Of a DNA stretch of 64,000 nucleotides, positions 63,082-64,000 are shown piece by piece. The position numbers and the translations under genes were made by a program. Each line of letters opens with the position of its first letter. Position 1 is the first letter of the stretch. Under the pieces are notes generated by a model. That model worked only from the letters and a program-made list of their open reading frames with translations, searched no databases and was not told the origin of the DNA. The stretch is taken from contig NW_008805072.1 in NCBI RefSeq assembly GCF_000004825.1, forward strand, positions 748,435-812,434, written 5' to 3'. This DNA is from Heterostelium pallidum (Eukaryota).

Positions 63082-64000
63082 CTATTCTTGTGCGGTCAAA
63101 AAATTATCATTAATTTTTGTTGACTCAATAATACCACCTTCAAGATTGGTAGAACCACAAATAACTAGAAAATGAGTTGAATCGAATCTTCTAAAGTGAT
63201 AATCCTTTAGCATTGTTGATACATGAATGTTTGTTATGGTTGTTGGGAGTGTAAAAACAGGATTGTTCATGAGGAAATTGCAGTGGCACCAGATTGTTTT
63301 AACAGAGGGTGGAATAACCAGTGTGGGTTGTTCAATGGTTTGATCATAGTATCTCAAATCCAAAGTTTCCACACTGTTGGGAATTGATCCTACCATTAGC
63401 TTTCGGTCGTAGACTCCACTGAGACGAAGTTCTTTGCAACTGTTTGGAATGGTACCTGGCTGAATATCCTGATTGAAGAGGAACACTAGATCCAGTAACT
63501 CCACACCTTCAGGAATCGAACCTTTCTCAAGTTCAAAGTTATAGTTTTCTGGGAGGATCAGCCTCTTTACTTTTGGTAGTGTGCCTGCCCGTATCGGATG
63601 AGAATAAGACGACCCAAGATATAAAACATCGAGTTCTAAACCACCACCATCAGAATTTTGTTGTTTGGGGAACAGATGTTCCAATCGGTAGCTACATCGA
63701 CCTAGTTTCAATGATTTTAGCATTGGTGGAAGTACACCATCGTGCAAAATGAAGCTAGCATTGAATCCAAAGTCGAGTTTAGTGATGTTTGGTGGAATTG
63801 AACCAGCTGGAAATATGAGAGCCGGCAATTTCTTTATACTGATTCTGTTTAGCTGAGGCATAAGATCGAGTTGCTCCATCCAGCTGGGTGGAATGTTTTC
63901 GATGGCGCGCAACGATTGGGGTATCACCTGAGCGTCGAGAATCGGTGATTGAACATCGTTGTAGAATACAATTTCCACGAGATTTGGTGGTAGTGATCCA
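63082..64000 (-). CDS. FNIP-repeat protein, partial; its N-terminus lies beyond the window end
   Basis: The ORF is open to the window edge. It contains repeated GxIPxxVxxLxFG / FNQxIxPGTIP units (GSIPPNITKLDFGFNASF, GSIPEGVELLDLVFLFNQDIQPGTIPNSCKELRL, GSIPNSVETLDL), which are characteristic of Dictyostelium FNIP-repeat proteins. Confidence 0.75.
   Translation of the reverse strand, partial: GSLPPNLVEIVFYNDVQSPILDAQVIPQSLRAIENIPPSWMEQLDLMPQLNRISIKKLPALIFPAGSIPPNITKLDFGFNASFILHDGVLPPMLKSLKLGRCSYRLEHLFPKQQNSDGGGLELDVLYLGSSYSHPIRAGTLPKVKRLILPENYNFELEKGSIPEGVELLDLVFLFNQDIQPGTIPNSCKELRLSGVYDRKLMVGSIPNSVETLDLRYYDQTIEQPTLVIPPSVKTIWCHCNFLMNNPVFTLPTTITNIHVSTMLKDYHFRRFDSTHFLVICGSTNLEGGIIESTKINDNFLTAQE

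Noticed and set aside
1-64000. Prokaryotic-style novel system: defence island, operon, or CRISPR array
   Set aside because: The window is eukaryotic. It has spliceosomal introns with GT...AG boundaries and TACTAAC branch sites, monocistronic genes on both strands, poly-Asn proteins, and tRNA genes with Pol III terminators. There are no Shine-Dalgarno-spaced operons, no repeat-spacer arrays and no rRNA genes.

Overview
This 64-kb window is eukaryotic nuclear DNA and reads like a chromosome arm of a dictyostelid social amoeba (Amoebozoa). The evidence is in the sequence itself. Intergenic and intron DNA is about 80-90% A+T with long homopolymer runs. Introns are short (about 60-170 bp), bounded by GTAAGT/GTATGT...(T)AG, and often carry a TACTAAC-like branch site. 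Proteins contain poly-Asn, poly-Gln and poly-Thr tracts encoded by (AAT)n/(GTT)n/(ACA)n, and an FNIP-repeat protein is present, a family typical of Dictyostelium. Three tRNA genes have canonical B boxes and Pol III T-run terminators. Coding DNA is fairly GC-balanced (about 40-50%), which fits a dictyostelid other than D. discoideum sensu stricto, though I cannot name the species. I can support about 25 protein-coding genes, most of them multi-exon. They are: a PP2C phosphatase; a Rat1/XRN2-like 5'-3' exoribonuclease; eIF4A; AATF/Che-1/Bfr2; a G8-domain GPI-type surface protein; a CELF/Bruno-like three-RRM protein; a SWIM zinc-finger protein; a two-domain CHR (chromate-transporter family) membrane protein; a double-GRAM protein; a zinc-type (MDR) quinone oxidoreductase; an OCRL-like inositol 5-phosphatase with a RhoGAP domain; a RasGEF; a glutathione S-transferase; exportin-5; a large type I ER-type glycoprotein with a C-terminal KxKxx motif; two tandem paralogous signal-anchored proteins; SGF29; an FNIP-repeat protein; and several unclassified Asn-rich proteins. 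RNA genes are tRNA-Lys(UUU), tRNA-Gly(UCC) and a convergent tRNA-Arg(ACG). Repeats include microsatellites, a duplicated 75-bp promoter-region repeat, and a degenerate LINE-like ORF2 fragment flanked by a duplicated poly-T/palindrome unit. Nothing prokaryotic is present: no operons, CRISPR array, rRNA genes or defence-island architecture. The observations worth a second look are a divergent XRN paralog, the tandem paralog pair, possible tRNA-associated retroelement remnants, and the LINE fragment.
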